Shown here: positions 11,289 through 23,599 of the stretch, one piece after another
How the letters are laid out: the number at the start of each line of letters is the position of its first letter
Position numbering within the stretch: the first letter of the stretch is position 1
DNA from: Raillietiella orientalis
Taxonomy: Eukaryota
Direction: 5' to 3'
Length of the DNA stretch: 64,000 nt
Assembly: GCA_036172245.1 (NCBI GenBank)
Contig: JAYWIR010000023.1
Coordinates: 2,294,001 to 2,358,000, forward strand
The notes under the pieces: generated by a model
What the model saw: only the letters and a program-made list of their open reading frames with translations
Databases searched by the model: none
Told to the model about the DNA's origin: nothing
Translations under genes and position numbers: made by a program

Positions 11289-12399
11289 CTGCAATGAAAA
11301 GTGCATCCTTCATCTTACATGAAGCTTTTTTGAGTCTCAACAGAGAACTGTTTCCCGCATTCTCATCGCAACGCAGTCGCCATTCTAAAAACCATGAAAC
11401 TCTTGGCCCATGTTTGCTGCGACCACGCCTCGCTGGCCTCATGCTTGTGTTCTTCGGGGGAATAGGAACCTCGAAGACACCTGTTTTCCGGTCGAAAACC
11501 AGCGGGTTCAGCTCCTCACGGGTGGAACCGGAAATGCAACCGCAAGCGCGCGATTCTGGGCTAGGGCTCAGGTGCCTCCACGGACAAGCAAAACAAAGAA
11601 ATTCTATCTCCTTTTTCTCCTTCTCGAAAGCAGTCCGTGATTGAGTTAGGTTAGGAGAGCCAGGAAATGAAAAGATACTCGAAAAGTTTTTCCCACTAGG
11701 AAGATCGTCTGCCACTTGTAAAAGAATTTCTCGAAAATCCTCTTTCACGGGAACCTCTGCGGAGAGGCTTCAAGGACCGCAGTTGTGCCCGTTCGGTAAA
11801 ATTTTCAACAAACCACCACTCGTCCTTATCTTACGACCAACTGAGAGCTTTCCCTTGTGGCTAAGAGTATGAGGAAAGGCCACTTCCCCAGATGGCTCGA
11901 GTGCTTGGAAAAAGAAATACGTTGAAAGCGGCGCCGCTGCACTTTCTGACCCTGGAAACCATGTATGCTTTGACAAGGCAACCACGTAGCAACATTCATG
12001 CAGGAGCGTGAAACAATAACAGAGAACATTTACTCTACAGCGTTTCTGCCCTGCTCATCGCACGATTTCACATCTTCATCACATCACGTATCGCACATTT
12101 GCTCATTTTTGGCGGGAGCAAAGAAAGATTCACTCTGGACGTGTACATCGGATTAACTGAACAAAGAGCGGATCGGAAATATACAAACATTTTGCTTTAG
12201 GGTGCCCAAGGTGTCTCTCCTGTGTTCGAGCACTTCTTCAGTCTTTCTCCACACAAAGCTGCTCTGAAGGACAAGTTGAGGGAAATTCCAGCATATATAC
12301 TGATCGCGTCAGAAATTAAATTAGATACAGATTTTGGATGAGATAAGTGGCTTCCTAGGATACAAAAGTGTGCACTCAGAGTCCTGCTGAGGAGGACAC

Positions 12400-12850
12400 T
12401 GGTAATTTTTCCCGGTCGGCTCTATCATTAACCCAATCAGAATGTGGCAGAAACGTGTTCCATGTTGCACTGCACTCATTCACGGAGTTGCTTCATTTGA
12501 GCTAATGCTGTGGTGCCATATTTAAATTCATGGAAAAAACAAAAAAGAGAGAGAAATCACTGTCAAAATCCATGAAGGGCATCAGAGAGACATCAGAGGA
12601 GTTTTCAATGCGCTGCTTTCTGTTTTAAGAACAGCATGTCTTTTACGCATTTCGAACATAGTAAGAAGTGCTTCTTCTATGTCTCTGAAAGCCCAAACTG
12701 GACTCGGGTGGAAGACGAGGGGCGTGGAAACAAATGAAGGAAAAGTCCTCATCCAGTCCAGTAGGGAACATCAATCTGGAAAATTTAGTTTCAGCATGAG
12801 ATTACTAGGAGGAGTAACGTGAATTACGAGTTAATGAAAAGGAACATGGA
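12400..12850 (+). mobile_element. Possible CR1-like LINE 3' remnant
   Basis: Plus-strand TRGVETNEGKVL...KFSFSMRL resembles the CR1 terminal TRGH..KL.....RK.FF..RV block; an upstream VVPYL resembles W.PYL. Very degenerate. Confidence 0.25.
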
Positions 12851-14329
12851 AAAGAAATATTCTTAAAGAAAGCCTTAACGGCCGCTAAGATCATAAGGAA
12901 AGAGGAAAAGGGGTGTGAGAGAAATCCCTTTGGGAAGAAAAGCTTTTATTCTCCTTTGCTTAGGAAGGAAAAAAAAAGTACAAAGAATGGGAATTTATCA
13001 AAGGAAAAATAAAACATTTGATTCAGAATGTTCTTCGAAGGAGCCCAAAGTGGATTCAACAGCCTCAATGCTCCTGCTCAAAATCCTAGTCATTCTGAAA
13101 TTGGATTTTATAATTTTCGTTTTTCTGAAAAAGAAAAAAAAAACTTTTTTTCCAGACCTTCTTAGTACCACTGTAATCGAAAATGGCCACAAGTAGCAGA
13201 AGGATGCAGCTTCTGGATTGGAACCAGTTGGATGCTGATCTTATTTTGCAGTTATCGGCACCCACAATAATTCTATCAAATGTTCCTCGTGTGGAGATGG
13301 GAAACCCGATGATCAGCCGGAACCAACTAAGTGAAGTGCTGGGGATAAATGGAAAGGATTGATGACCCTCTTCCTCAGCCACACTCGAAGCGTCTCTGAC
13401 AGAGCCCGTTCTCCACACCCCTACATTTCACTTTTTGTATTTACTGGGAACCAGTTCAGATGATCAACGATCGGTCACGTCTGAGGAATCCAAGCCAGAC
13501 TGGAACACGAGGAAAGATTCAAGATGGGATTTCTGCTCAGAGCTCAGAGCTCAATCTGAATATCAATGAGCACACGAAATTACTGTTGGCGTGAGATCGT
13601 TTGTGGTGCAGAGAGTACCATTTGCGATGCCAGTCGTCGCATGATTTGTCTCCAATCCTTCTACTTCTCCCACAGTGGTCCATCACTCTCTCTTTTTCAC
13701 AAGTCTCGAGTCTTAAAACTTCTGCCCTGTTGAACGGAGGAAGCCCACTCATCGGAGACCAGGACATAATGTCTTCACACAGGTACTTAAAGTCTTCACG
13801 ACACGAAGGTTCCTTCCGACTGTTGATGGGGAAATTTTCTGCGAGCACCAGAGACTTCTAGAAGTCTCCCCAGTGGCGACGATGAGTGTTTCTGTTCCCT
13901 GTACTACTGTAGAATAAATTAATCACTGAAATAATGTGTTTCAGTTTCTATAATCTATGAAGTTCGTGAATGGGGAGATCTGATTTTGTGTTCCTCATGT
14001 GTGATTGTAAACATTACACAGGATGCCAGATGTGATACAATATTTGATGATAATTCTTTGATTAAATATTTTATGCAATATGGTATACATGATGATGTCT
14101 ATTTTTGATTGAATTAAATCAATATAATATTCCAAGTTACTTTCTGCCCTACCAGCTATCTTTTACTAATCCCTAATTTATTTTTCTAACATTGAAGTTT
14201 ACTACATTTGCTAATGTAGTAGTCATTAATAGACTACTTATCAAAAAAATGTATCGTGATGTGTTTTTCCACGTGTTCTGAGAAGGCAATAAAAGAAAGA
14301 AAGGCAGGAAGAAGCAATCAGTGTTTCGC

Positions 14330-14620
14330 TCCATCCTAGCCCTTTGAGATCTGTGGCGCATCCTGATGCTGGGTAAATGCATCCAGATCGGCAGGCCGAG
14401 AATGACTGCACCAAGTTCTTTCGATCCTAAACTTCGATCAAAAGCAGATTTGATAGACTTTGATAGATCGCTCGTTTTTGATAGACTGCACGGTCCAAAT
14501 CTGGATGAAGGGTGCTGCATATTCAGAGGCATGGAGTTCAAAGGCAACGAATGTCTTCACAGCGCGAAGAGACAGTTTTTCACCTCATCTTCAGGAACTC
14601 GATGGACCTGAGATTCGCAT
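14330..14620 (-). mobile_element. Non-LTR reverse transcriptase remnant
   Basis: DLSKSIKSAFDR...ILGLPIW resembles the RT motif D..KAFD.V.....L...G.P. Confidence 0.3.
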
Positions 14621-14831
14621 CCAATAGAAGATTAGCCTAAAGAGAAATGAGAACACCGGTCCGCAGTTCAACTGTGAACAGGAGGGTGGTCGTCAAATGT
14701 AAGGAGGGATCAAGCTCTCCGTCGAAAACAGTACTACTAAAGATGGTTCCGACAGCGCAGTAGGCGAGTCTGCCGCATTCAGGAACTGAGATTAAGAGCC
14801 GGTTTTCTCCGGCTTCAGTAGAACTGCTTAC

Positions 14832-14842
14832 CGTGCTCTCAT
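14832..14842 (-). CDS. Eh: Candidate first coding exon of eclosion hormone (ATG AGA GCA CG | gtaagc)
   Basis: ACC-ATG context, 11 coding nt and a strong GTAAG donor in phase 2 that joins the 11288 acceptor in frame (MRARRKND...). It could be coincidental, as it lies near decayed retroelement sequence. Confidence 0.35.
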
Positions 14843-16009
14843 GGTCGTGTGGTGTAGCCGTGCTTCGTACGTCTCGTCCAAGTTCATGCGGTCATCCGGA
14901 CACAGATAAATAGTGACGCTGCGTCATCCCAATCATCCCCATTTTCGTGACACGTCACTTCCCCAAAGCTTGTAATGAGGTCTTCGTCCAAATTTCTGTA
15001 CGTAAAAATGGTGGTAGATCGAGAAGAGAGTTTCCATCATCTTATCTTGTACCCTACATTTGACTCTTCATATGATTTGCGCAAATGCTTTCATCACGAG
15101 CGGTGGTCCATCTGATTTTTTAGTACACACCCCGAGAATACTGCATGTACGAGCACAACACTACTTTTCTGATGTAATCCTTAGGAATTCCGAATCCCCA
15201 TAACCATTGTTTGCTGGTTCTCAAGACACAACCACTGTCCTCACGGTGGTGCACGCCCCTCTAGGTGTAGTAGCCAGTCCACGGTACTTGTTCTCTTTTT
15301 TCTGGCTTGCCTCTTTTGATGCCGGTGGTGAATAAGTGACCCCAGAATGATACTTCTATCCCTTAGCACAGCTGGCTTTTGCCTCCAGCTTGATACTGGG
15401 ATGCTCTGCAGCCACTCAACTGCCAGTGTTCAGGGCAGCTCTCTTGATTTGGGTCACCAGCTAGTCGTGCCCCTCCGTAAGGGTCGTCTGGTTGTTGCTA
15501 CCCTTGTTGAGGATGTGGAGGCCTAGCAGCTTCTCCCATCTCGCACACCTTCTGCACGGGAAGTGAGCACCTTCTGAGGTGACCGTGCCGGCACACGTAG
15601 CAGGCTGAGTCGCTCAGGACAAATCAATCACTAATCCAGGAACCGAAGGTGTTCTCTGTTCGCGGCTGCTGGATGAAAAAAAATTCTTCGAGGCCCGATG
15701 GTGCCGGTTTTTCCTGACCTGGGTGTTTTGCAAAAAGGGATTTCCGAGCTCCTTTGCGCTTGTGGGCTTGCAGCGACTTTCCCTTTCACGTGCGCGTTTA
15801 CAGAGCCCCCAGATGTGATCCTGGGTGCTTCTTTCTCCGAAGTTCATTTCGCATGAATTCTTCCGAACATTTGTCTCTCCAGCATCCAGGTGCTCTTCCA
15901 ATGCTGCTAGTTTTTTTTACCGCTATACGTCTATCGCTCCCGAAATGGTATTTCCCAAATCCTCATCCGTCGGTGGTGCCTGTGGCCGTTTTTTTTTTTT
16001 TTTTCCTCA

Positions 16010-16580
16010 TCGCCAAACGCAACGTCCTTCCGCAGAAATCTTCTTACTCTCCCCAGGCGTGATAGAAATGGACTCCGAACCCTTCCTGGATTCTTTCTTT
16101 CTAAAGTGGCAGAAGGCGGCGCTTCTGCTGCTGCATTTGGGCCTCATGCAACGCGCGTCGATGTCACTGAACCCGGAGAGGTGTGGATCCGAACTGCAGC
16201 AGGTGAGGAGAACTTGAAGCCCTCCCGCACCTGCTTGTGGACTGTGTTGCCCTGCTACTGTTGCGGGGATGCTTCGCAGAGACGACCATTAGGATCCCAT
16301 GTGGCAACTCCAGTGACGCCCTGAGAACTCTCGTCTTGCACGACGCATTGCCGCCGGCCGCATCCCTAGCCGCTCTTTGCTGCCTACGTGGGATTGTGGC
16401 GGGGCGGAGCGACGACGCCAGTCGAGCAGGAAGCAGCAGGGATGCCACCCACTTCACCCTACATTTTTTACAGAAGGCAATGAGATATCCCCACCTAGAG
16501 AATAGGGGGGAAGAGCTTGTCAGCATCCTGGAAAGGATTCATAAAACGGGCTCCAACAGGAAGTGATCCCTTCCCACTTC
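16010..16580 (+). mobile_element. L1/Tx1-like LINE 3' fragment
   Basis: KWQKAALLLLHLGL and ALPPAASLAALCCLRGIV...AMRYPHLENRGEELVSILERI*, followed by GATCCCTTCCC; homologous to 32900-33450. Confidence 0.8.
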
Positions 16581-18049
16581 CCCTAGGATTTATTAGTATA
16601 TATATATATACATATTTTTTCATTTTTCCCATCCCGTCTAACTGCCGAGGCTATCTTCTCCTGTCTGCGCACCGGACGTCTGGCAAGCGGTGCAAATGTC
16701 GAAACATGATAGGGCCAGAGACCTCATCGATATTGTAATGTTTATTGCTTTCAATAAACGCCTTCGGTGATCCCGGGTGAAAATCTCAGGAACCTCCTTC
16801 GACTTCCAGATGCGGAGAGGCCAGCAGCTTGAAGAAGACAGGATGATTTCAGCAAGTTGCCAGCGGCCGCTTTTTGTTGCGACGGGTGGTGCAGCACGCC
16901 GCAGCGTGAGGGTATCATTCACGCGTTCCGCATGATAAGGAACAGGGGGACTCCCCCATCAGTGCCCTAGCCAGAAGGCCGTCGAAGCCCTGCCTCCGCG
17001 AAAGAGGGCACGAGCGAGGTTTTTCCTCCTTCTGATTCGCGTGATGGCTGCTGCTTGCATAAACAAAGGGGCCTCCGTCCCCATCTCATCAGAATCCTGT
17101 TCCCTCCCCCCTCGTTGCGGAACTGTCACAAAAGCAGTCTGCCTTCCTTGTCAGATGGTCCGAGGGAAACTTCCGCAATGAGGAAGCCGAACTGATTCCC
17201 AGCGTTTTTCGAAACTCTCTGGACGAGGTCTGTTTCCGTGGGTATGCCCCCGCCTGCTATCTGATCCAGATGAGAGGCTTTCGTTTCCCGCTACTGCTGC
17301 ACGTTCGCAGACTTTGGTGTGGACGCCTGAAGCGCGCATCCCATCTGGTTAGCTCATCTGATTTCAAGAAGATGGAGGAAGAGCTGACATCTTTTCCATC
17401 ATTTGGAGCTGTCTTTCAATTAACAAGGATTCTGGGAAGAATGTGAGTGACGTCTCACGGAAAGCATCGAAAGTAAACTAATTTTTGAACTGAAAAGAGA
17501 GCTTATTCACGATCTCATTCTTCTAAGAAAGGTCACCATCCGATGAGGATATCAACTTGTAGAAGAAATGAGGGCAAAAAAAAAAAAAAAAAAAAACATA
17601 CAAATGAGACTCGTGAACTGGGGGAGGGGGGAAGGGGGGGAGGGAGAGCAGAATTTTGATAAATGCATCCCGGCAGCTGTCACAGGGAAATGAAAGGAAT
17701 TCTTTCCAGAGTATCTATCGATCGTTGCAATTGTATTCCGAAAAACCATCTTACGAAAAACATACATCGATCTTTTCGGAAGATTACTATGGAACCGAGA
17801 GGGGTATTTTTTCCATTTTTTCGAGAAGGGTAGAGAAAGTAATGCACTGCAATCCATCACAACGACAAAAAAAGAAAAAAAAAATCGAACAAATTCCAAC
17901 GGCAATCGGACTTTGATCATTTCGGTTTGCTTCGTTCTTTGCAGCTTCTCGGCATTACGCGGGGAAAAATTCAATTATACAGCAAAAGCACGGATCACGT
18001 AGAAATGTGAGCTCGAATGAGATTTCCCAATGAGGGGTACGGAACTGAT

Positions 18050-19500
18050 AACAGTTTTTTTCTTTTTTTTTGTTTACCAATCCATTGATTGAGGCTGCAG
18101 TCAAATAAACCGGACAGAAAAGATTTTGCGTAGAATAGTCTTTCTACCCGACTGGAGATGAAGCAGAAGCATTCGCGGATCATGCAGGCAGCGAGGAGAA
18201 AAATGAAGCATCCTTGGTTGGACTTCATCTCCTGCTGGTACCTATCGCAGTTTGCACGAAGGAAGGAGCTCCAGAAATGGGCTAAAGTCCCCATCCCCAC
18301 GGCAGAGGCTTTCTTGTGGATCTGAGCCGCACGGTGGGGTGTGATCTTGAGAGAGGAGAGAGTCCAATGCAACCGAAAGTCACGTTTCCCACGTTTGGAA
18401 GAATCTTCCTTTTTGCTCAAGGACACGGATCCAGGGAACTGGCAACTGACTTTAGGCTCCAGCATATCCGGAAATTCCGCTTATCTTTTCATTTGAGATG
18501 TGACACTTGGCGTTCTGTTCCAAGCATCCTGTGCTTTCCGAACATCTTCACTACCGCATCTTCTACTTTTTTGGGATGCGCCAGCTCACCTTCTCCGAAG
18601 AACAGATTTCTTTCCAGTAACGAATAATAGGGCGGGAGCTGATCGTGAGCGCTCGTGGCAACTGCAACATTCATGAAGCAGGTCAGCTCACCCCAGTGAT
18701 CACTCCACAACGTAGAATTTGAAATGTAGATGGATAGACAGATGCAAATGAGCAGAACAGTCTGTCTACCAATTTTCGTCTTTGCATCTTAAACAGCGAG
18801 ACTGTTAGATTACCTTCTTATTCGACTGAAGTCATTCTTAGCTCCCAAGGAAGGGACCTAAAAACTTCCTCCTTCCAGAGTGCCTAGCCTAATCCGAGCC
18901 TTCAGTAACTCCAGTTTTACCTTTTATCCTGCCTGCACACGACATAACCTGCGGGTAGAACCTACATGCTCCAACTGTAAGTACGTAAATTCCTCGTTCA
19001 GGACCACAGATGGTGGTGATTACAGGATCATAGTCGCCTCCTAATTCCTCATCCAGCTTTGTGGTGAACCTTACCGAGGTCCTCATCTTCAAGGAACCTT
19101 AGCTTGCCCACGTCTGAGAATTCTCTCATCGCTACCTCTGAAGCACTTTTTGATGGAAGATATTTGCGCATCCTGGAATTCCACTCTGACACACAGGGGC
19201 AAAAGAACTCGAGGAAAATTCGGATTTGGCGGGATGAAACTGAATCCATAGGTCCTTCTACCTGAACCCACGAGAATATTCCAGAAAGACCATTGAGAAT
19301 TTTGGAGCTTTACAAGTCCGAAGTGACTCATGTGAGGCTTATAGAGTCGCTCACAAGGGAACCAGTTCAACTTAACAACAGACTGAGATAGGGAAACACG
19401 CCAGCTGATGACCATCCTCAGGAAAACCGAAAGAGCGGTAGCTCTTCTACGAAGCACACAGTAGCTGCACACAAGAGTTTCTGTGAGGTGGCGGAGACCT
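18050..19500 (-). mobile_element. Decayed RTE-like LINE (APE end to RT)
   Basis: Ordered minus-strand blocks: FWNILVG (cf. GDFNA.VG), GDYDPVITTI (cf. SDH.PV), VEDAVVKMFGKHRMLG (cf. EV..A..KM..GKA.G), SNQGCF (cf. Q.GF). Confidence 0.4.
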
Positions 19501-19593
19501 CCATCTGGTGCTCATTCTGCTGCCTTTGGCAGAAAGGTGTTTAACATTTGGAAACCGAAAAGTGATCGACGCGTGGAAGACATGTCGCTAACG

Positions 19594-21781
19594 CTCAGTT
19601 ACCCTCCAGTTGCAACAATTATGGTACATACTGAATGGTTCTTTGGTGCAGAATTGTCTTAAAGGGTAATCTCCGTTCGAGGGAAAAAACGCGCGCGCCC
19701 CATGTATGAGAAGTCTGATGAATTTTTGTCTCGCTTCCCCATCCACGAATGACACGAGGGTCGTAAATTTCTAAGCAATTGCAATATGCTTATATTATTA
19801 TTCAGGGAGAACGAAAACAAGGTCTCCTGAGGTTTTGCATCATGGACAAAGTGGAAAGAACAGATTGTATGAGACCACACGAGACATAAGACACGAGGCT
19901 ACAAACGGCAGGAACTGTTCGATTCAGAGTCAGCGGGAAGTCACTTGAAACTGGTTTGATAATTTCTTTCAGCAAGTGGCCATGAGCGGCAAAGCAAGAA
20001 CAATAAGCACGCTGGTTGTCTGCGAAGCATCCGCACAGACTATCAGCTGACCGTTGAAGCATGCATCTGCAGACAAAATTAAGGATATCATTCCAAGCAT
20101 GATAAGAATTCCTAACGAAGAGATGCAGTGATTGTCTTTGCGGAGTGGTAATGGATTCCCGAACCCTGCGTAGGGATATATATATATATATAAAACTATA
20201 CCTTCACTACTTCAGATAAGCGCACTTTCGCTCCCTTTTCGGGTTTGCATTGAAGATGGGTGTCCGAAAGATGGACGTGTTCTCTGGAATATCCATGACC
20301 AACACATTCCACCCGAACGTGTGACAGCTGGTAGGAATATTACAAGATTCCTTTGCGTCACATCCTACATGGCTCATCGAAGATCGTTTATTTTTGTAAC
20401 ATCCACAACATTCTTTTATGATCTATTCGTGCAATTCATGCATATTTATGATATATTCGTGTGATTAACGTTTCAAAGAGAACACAATTACAGCAACCGT
20501 TTATGTGGCTTACCCTTTGAAACGAAGAATGGTTTGCAATTAGGAGTATTACTACAACCACGTTGAGAATCCTATCACATGTGTTCACAAAATCCCTCTG
20601 AAAATACGCTAGATTAAAATTTCGCAGCTTCCGCTTCTAGGAATCACATAAATTACAGCACAAATCATAATAATGGGTGACATATCGTAATCGTGTAATA
20701 AGCAGATTCCTGCTGATCTGGAGTGCTCGATTTCGAGAAACGAGATCCGCATCATTGAATGGGAGAGATCGGTGGCCGCCGATGACGAAAAAGCACAGAG
20801 ATACACGAATTGCAAGCGGATGCAAATGAAGATTCCAGATCCAAGTCGCTTCTCGAAATATCCTAATAATATTCTCCCGACAAAGAAGTCTGGACGAGGA
20901 TTACTTGTACTGAAATATTGCAATGGCTTTTAAATCTCTATCGTTTTGGCTTCCGGGGCTGGAGTTGAACAGGGAGACGCTTCTGCGGAGGGAGATCTAC
21001 ACACGTGCAACCAGGATGCCAGGTTTCGGGAAGCTCATTTCCGGGTCTGCGGAAACATTTCTCGGTCCAATGGCACATTAGCTTGGATCTTAAATTTATT
21101 AGTGGGTGTCTTGGATTTCCTTTCTTTTCTTTTTTTGCTACTCGAAGTATAGTTGGATCTGAAGTCAGCGATAATCAACAGCGGACACCGTGATGTTCCC
21201 AAATTCAGAAACCACTTATTTCGGGAGTCCACTCCGCAGTGGAACGCATCGCGTAGACAAACATTGTCTCAATTCGGTCCAGGCTTTTGAAAAGGTTCTT
21301 CCTTGGAGTAGAATTGTGGTATTCTTTAAAAAGAATACCGAAATAGAGAAACAAGGGAGCTTTAAGAGCTTTATACCGATTAAGCTCTCGATGCAACACC
21401 CAACATGACTCGGTGGTAAACTTTATGGAGATCTATGAGGTCGAGGAATCCAAAACGGAAGAGCACAACTGAAAGCAGTACATAAGAATGATTATAGAGA
21501 ATACATGCTTTGTACTCTTGAGAGTCTGCTCTGAAAGGACTCACCATCAGTCCTCATTGCTTCCAAGAACTTTCTTCTGAAGAAGAAATCCCAAAACGAT
21601 GCTTCGAAGCTGTCTAACACCGAGACGAAATCATCACCAAAGCAATACCCAATTCAGAGGACACTTGAAAAGGTTCAAGCCAATGATATCCCCATAACTC
21701 AGTTATCTCCCCTGCAACAATTCTGGTAGATACTTTGGTGCAGAACTGTTTTAGAGGGTAATCTCAATTCAAGGGAAAAAC
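19594..21781. repeat. Pair of diverged ~85-95 bp direct repeats (19594-19690 and 21698-21781)
   Basis: The pattern ctcagtta...tgcaacaatt.tggta.atact...ttggtgcagaa.tgt.tta.agggtaatctc..ttc.agggaaaaa occurs at both sites. Confidence 0.85.
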
Positions 21782-21959
21782 AGCTGAAGGTCACTGAAAT
21801 AATTTGGAAATGCCATTTCTTAGCGACGGGCTGGCTCACTGCTGCAGCGGGTCGTCCATCTCACATCCTCGGGCAGAAGATGAAAAGAAGGAAGACGGAT
21901 CCTTCCTACTCGGGATGATCCTCTCACAACGGATTCTGAATCTACAAGAACAGAAGGAA

Positions 21960-22530
21960 AACTACAGCTGGCATCCGTGAAAGGGGCTACTGAATAGGCG
22001 TGCTTTCAAAGTCACACGTACACATTGACACGGCGAGTAAGAAGTTTCCCCGTGCCTTCATTATCCGAATCGTTCCTAATAACTTTTAAGGAATAACGTT
22101 AAGTCCAGTTCTCTTTTCATAGTTAGTCCCGGCGGAATACGGACGCAGATGCTGATGGCCAATTTCTGCGTAATGACACTGTTTGCAATTTCCTTTTCAG
22201 AATTGTTGAAGGATGGAGCGGATCGTATTTTACAAGTTTCGATGTCTGCTTGAGAAGAAGAGATAGCATCCGTCCGAGAGGAGCAGCCTCCCGTTCGTTC
22301 TATAATGAATGTCGGCAGATCGAATCATTAAGATAACGAGGATTCTTCCGAACCAGAACTCGTCGGGAACATCATTTGATGTAAGGAAACCAGCGAGTGA
22401 TGTGCGTGCGCATTTCCCGATCAGTTTCAAAAGTTCAACCATTGCGACTCCCGTTCTGCTGGCGGGCGCGGTGTTATGCTGCCAGGCGGCGTTTCCCCGA
22501 TATTCAAGGGAAGTGACCGAGGATCGGACG
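21960..22530 (-). mobile_element. Non-LTR RT N-terminal remnant
   Basis: NTAPASRTGVAMVELLKLIG...NDVPDEFWFGRILVIL...HYRT...LLLSDGCYLFF matches the layout KAPG.DG...ELLK...VP..W....I..I....NYR.I.LL...YK.F. Confidence 0.55.
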
Positions 22531-22559
22531 GAGTCTGCTCCGACTCTTGCTCTTGGCCT

Positions 22560-23010
22560 CTTGCTGGTTTCCAAGCGGGCAGAAGATCCGAGATGAAAAT
22601 CGCAGACAGCTCAAAGAAGAGCGGCTTCCTCGCGCGTTCCCACCGGAGGAGAAATTCAGCAGCAGATCCTTTCCGGGTTCTTTTCGGATAAGAAATGAGG
22701 AGCGGTTCCCTCTGGGGAGTCGGTCCGGAGAGAATAAGGAAGAAATTTCCTCCGTGGTTCCCTCCAGAGGCGGCCAGGGCGAGTTCCCTTCGGGGTTCCC
22801 CTACCATGCATAAGAGGAACGGATTACTTCCTCCGGAGCACCTTCCAGGAACTCCTTCCAAGGCACTCCTTCCTGGATTCTTGGGGTGATCCCCTCCCAG
22901 GATATCCCATAACTTGGAGAGCCACACGCACCCTCGAATGGCATGGGCAGTGTTAAAGAGTTTTGTGAGCCTCCCCTAGGGAGGCGAACGGTTCTTCAGC
23001 ACTCCTTGAG
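22560..23010 (-). mobile_element. L1/Tx1-like LINE ORF2 internal fragment
   Basis: Nucleotide similarity to 9375-9500. The translation EPFASL...LWDIL...LLRWERARKPLFFEL aligns with DRFATL...TWTVL...LERWGEPFFIQL of the 31.7-33.4 kb copy. Confidence 0.6.
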
Positions 23011-23599
23011 AATCAAAAAAAAAAAAAAAAAAAATTCCGAACAAGTTCGTTTCAAACTTTTTCAGTTCAGTTACTTCGTTGCAGAAAGGCTCTCTCTCCA
23101 AAACAACTAGAAGCAAATGGCTGATCTAAAAGTAACACGTCTGTTTCCATGTGAGTATTGCTGAGTATTGGAAGATGTGTGTTTCCAAGGGAACAGTGTA
23201 AGGAGTTGTGCGTCCCGGTTCTCAGTAAGAAAAAAGCAGGTGGAGTAGCCTTGAGTCAGAATGGCTCTTGACTCGGACTGCTTTCAGGGTGCGGGGATCC
23301 GGCAGTAGTATCGAGAGCTTCTGGACAATTGGTTTTTTACCCGATCACACCGGAACGTTTATTTGAAAATAAATAAATTACAAGGCAGAGGGGACCCTGT
23401 CCCTTGAATACAAAAAATAAACAATGATAGCAACAGCAAAAGAAGTTCATTAAGAGTATCATCATCTCGCAGGTCAGCTTCTAAGGGATGCCTTGCTCAC
23501 GGGCAGTATCGTAGGCGAGGAAGGCGACTGAGCCGCGATTTTTGCTAGTTGAAAACTTCTAAGGGATTCAGGAGCGGGACGATAGGAAAATAAGTACAG

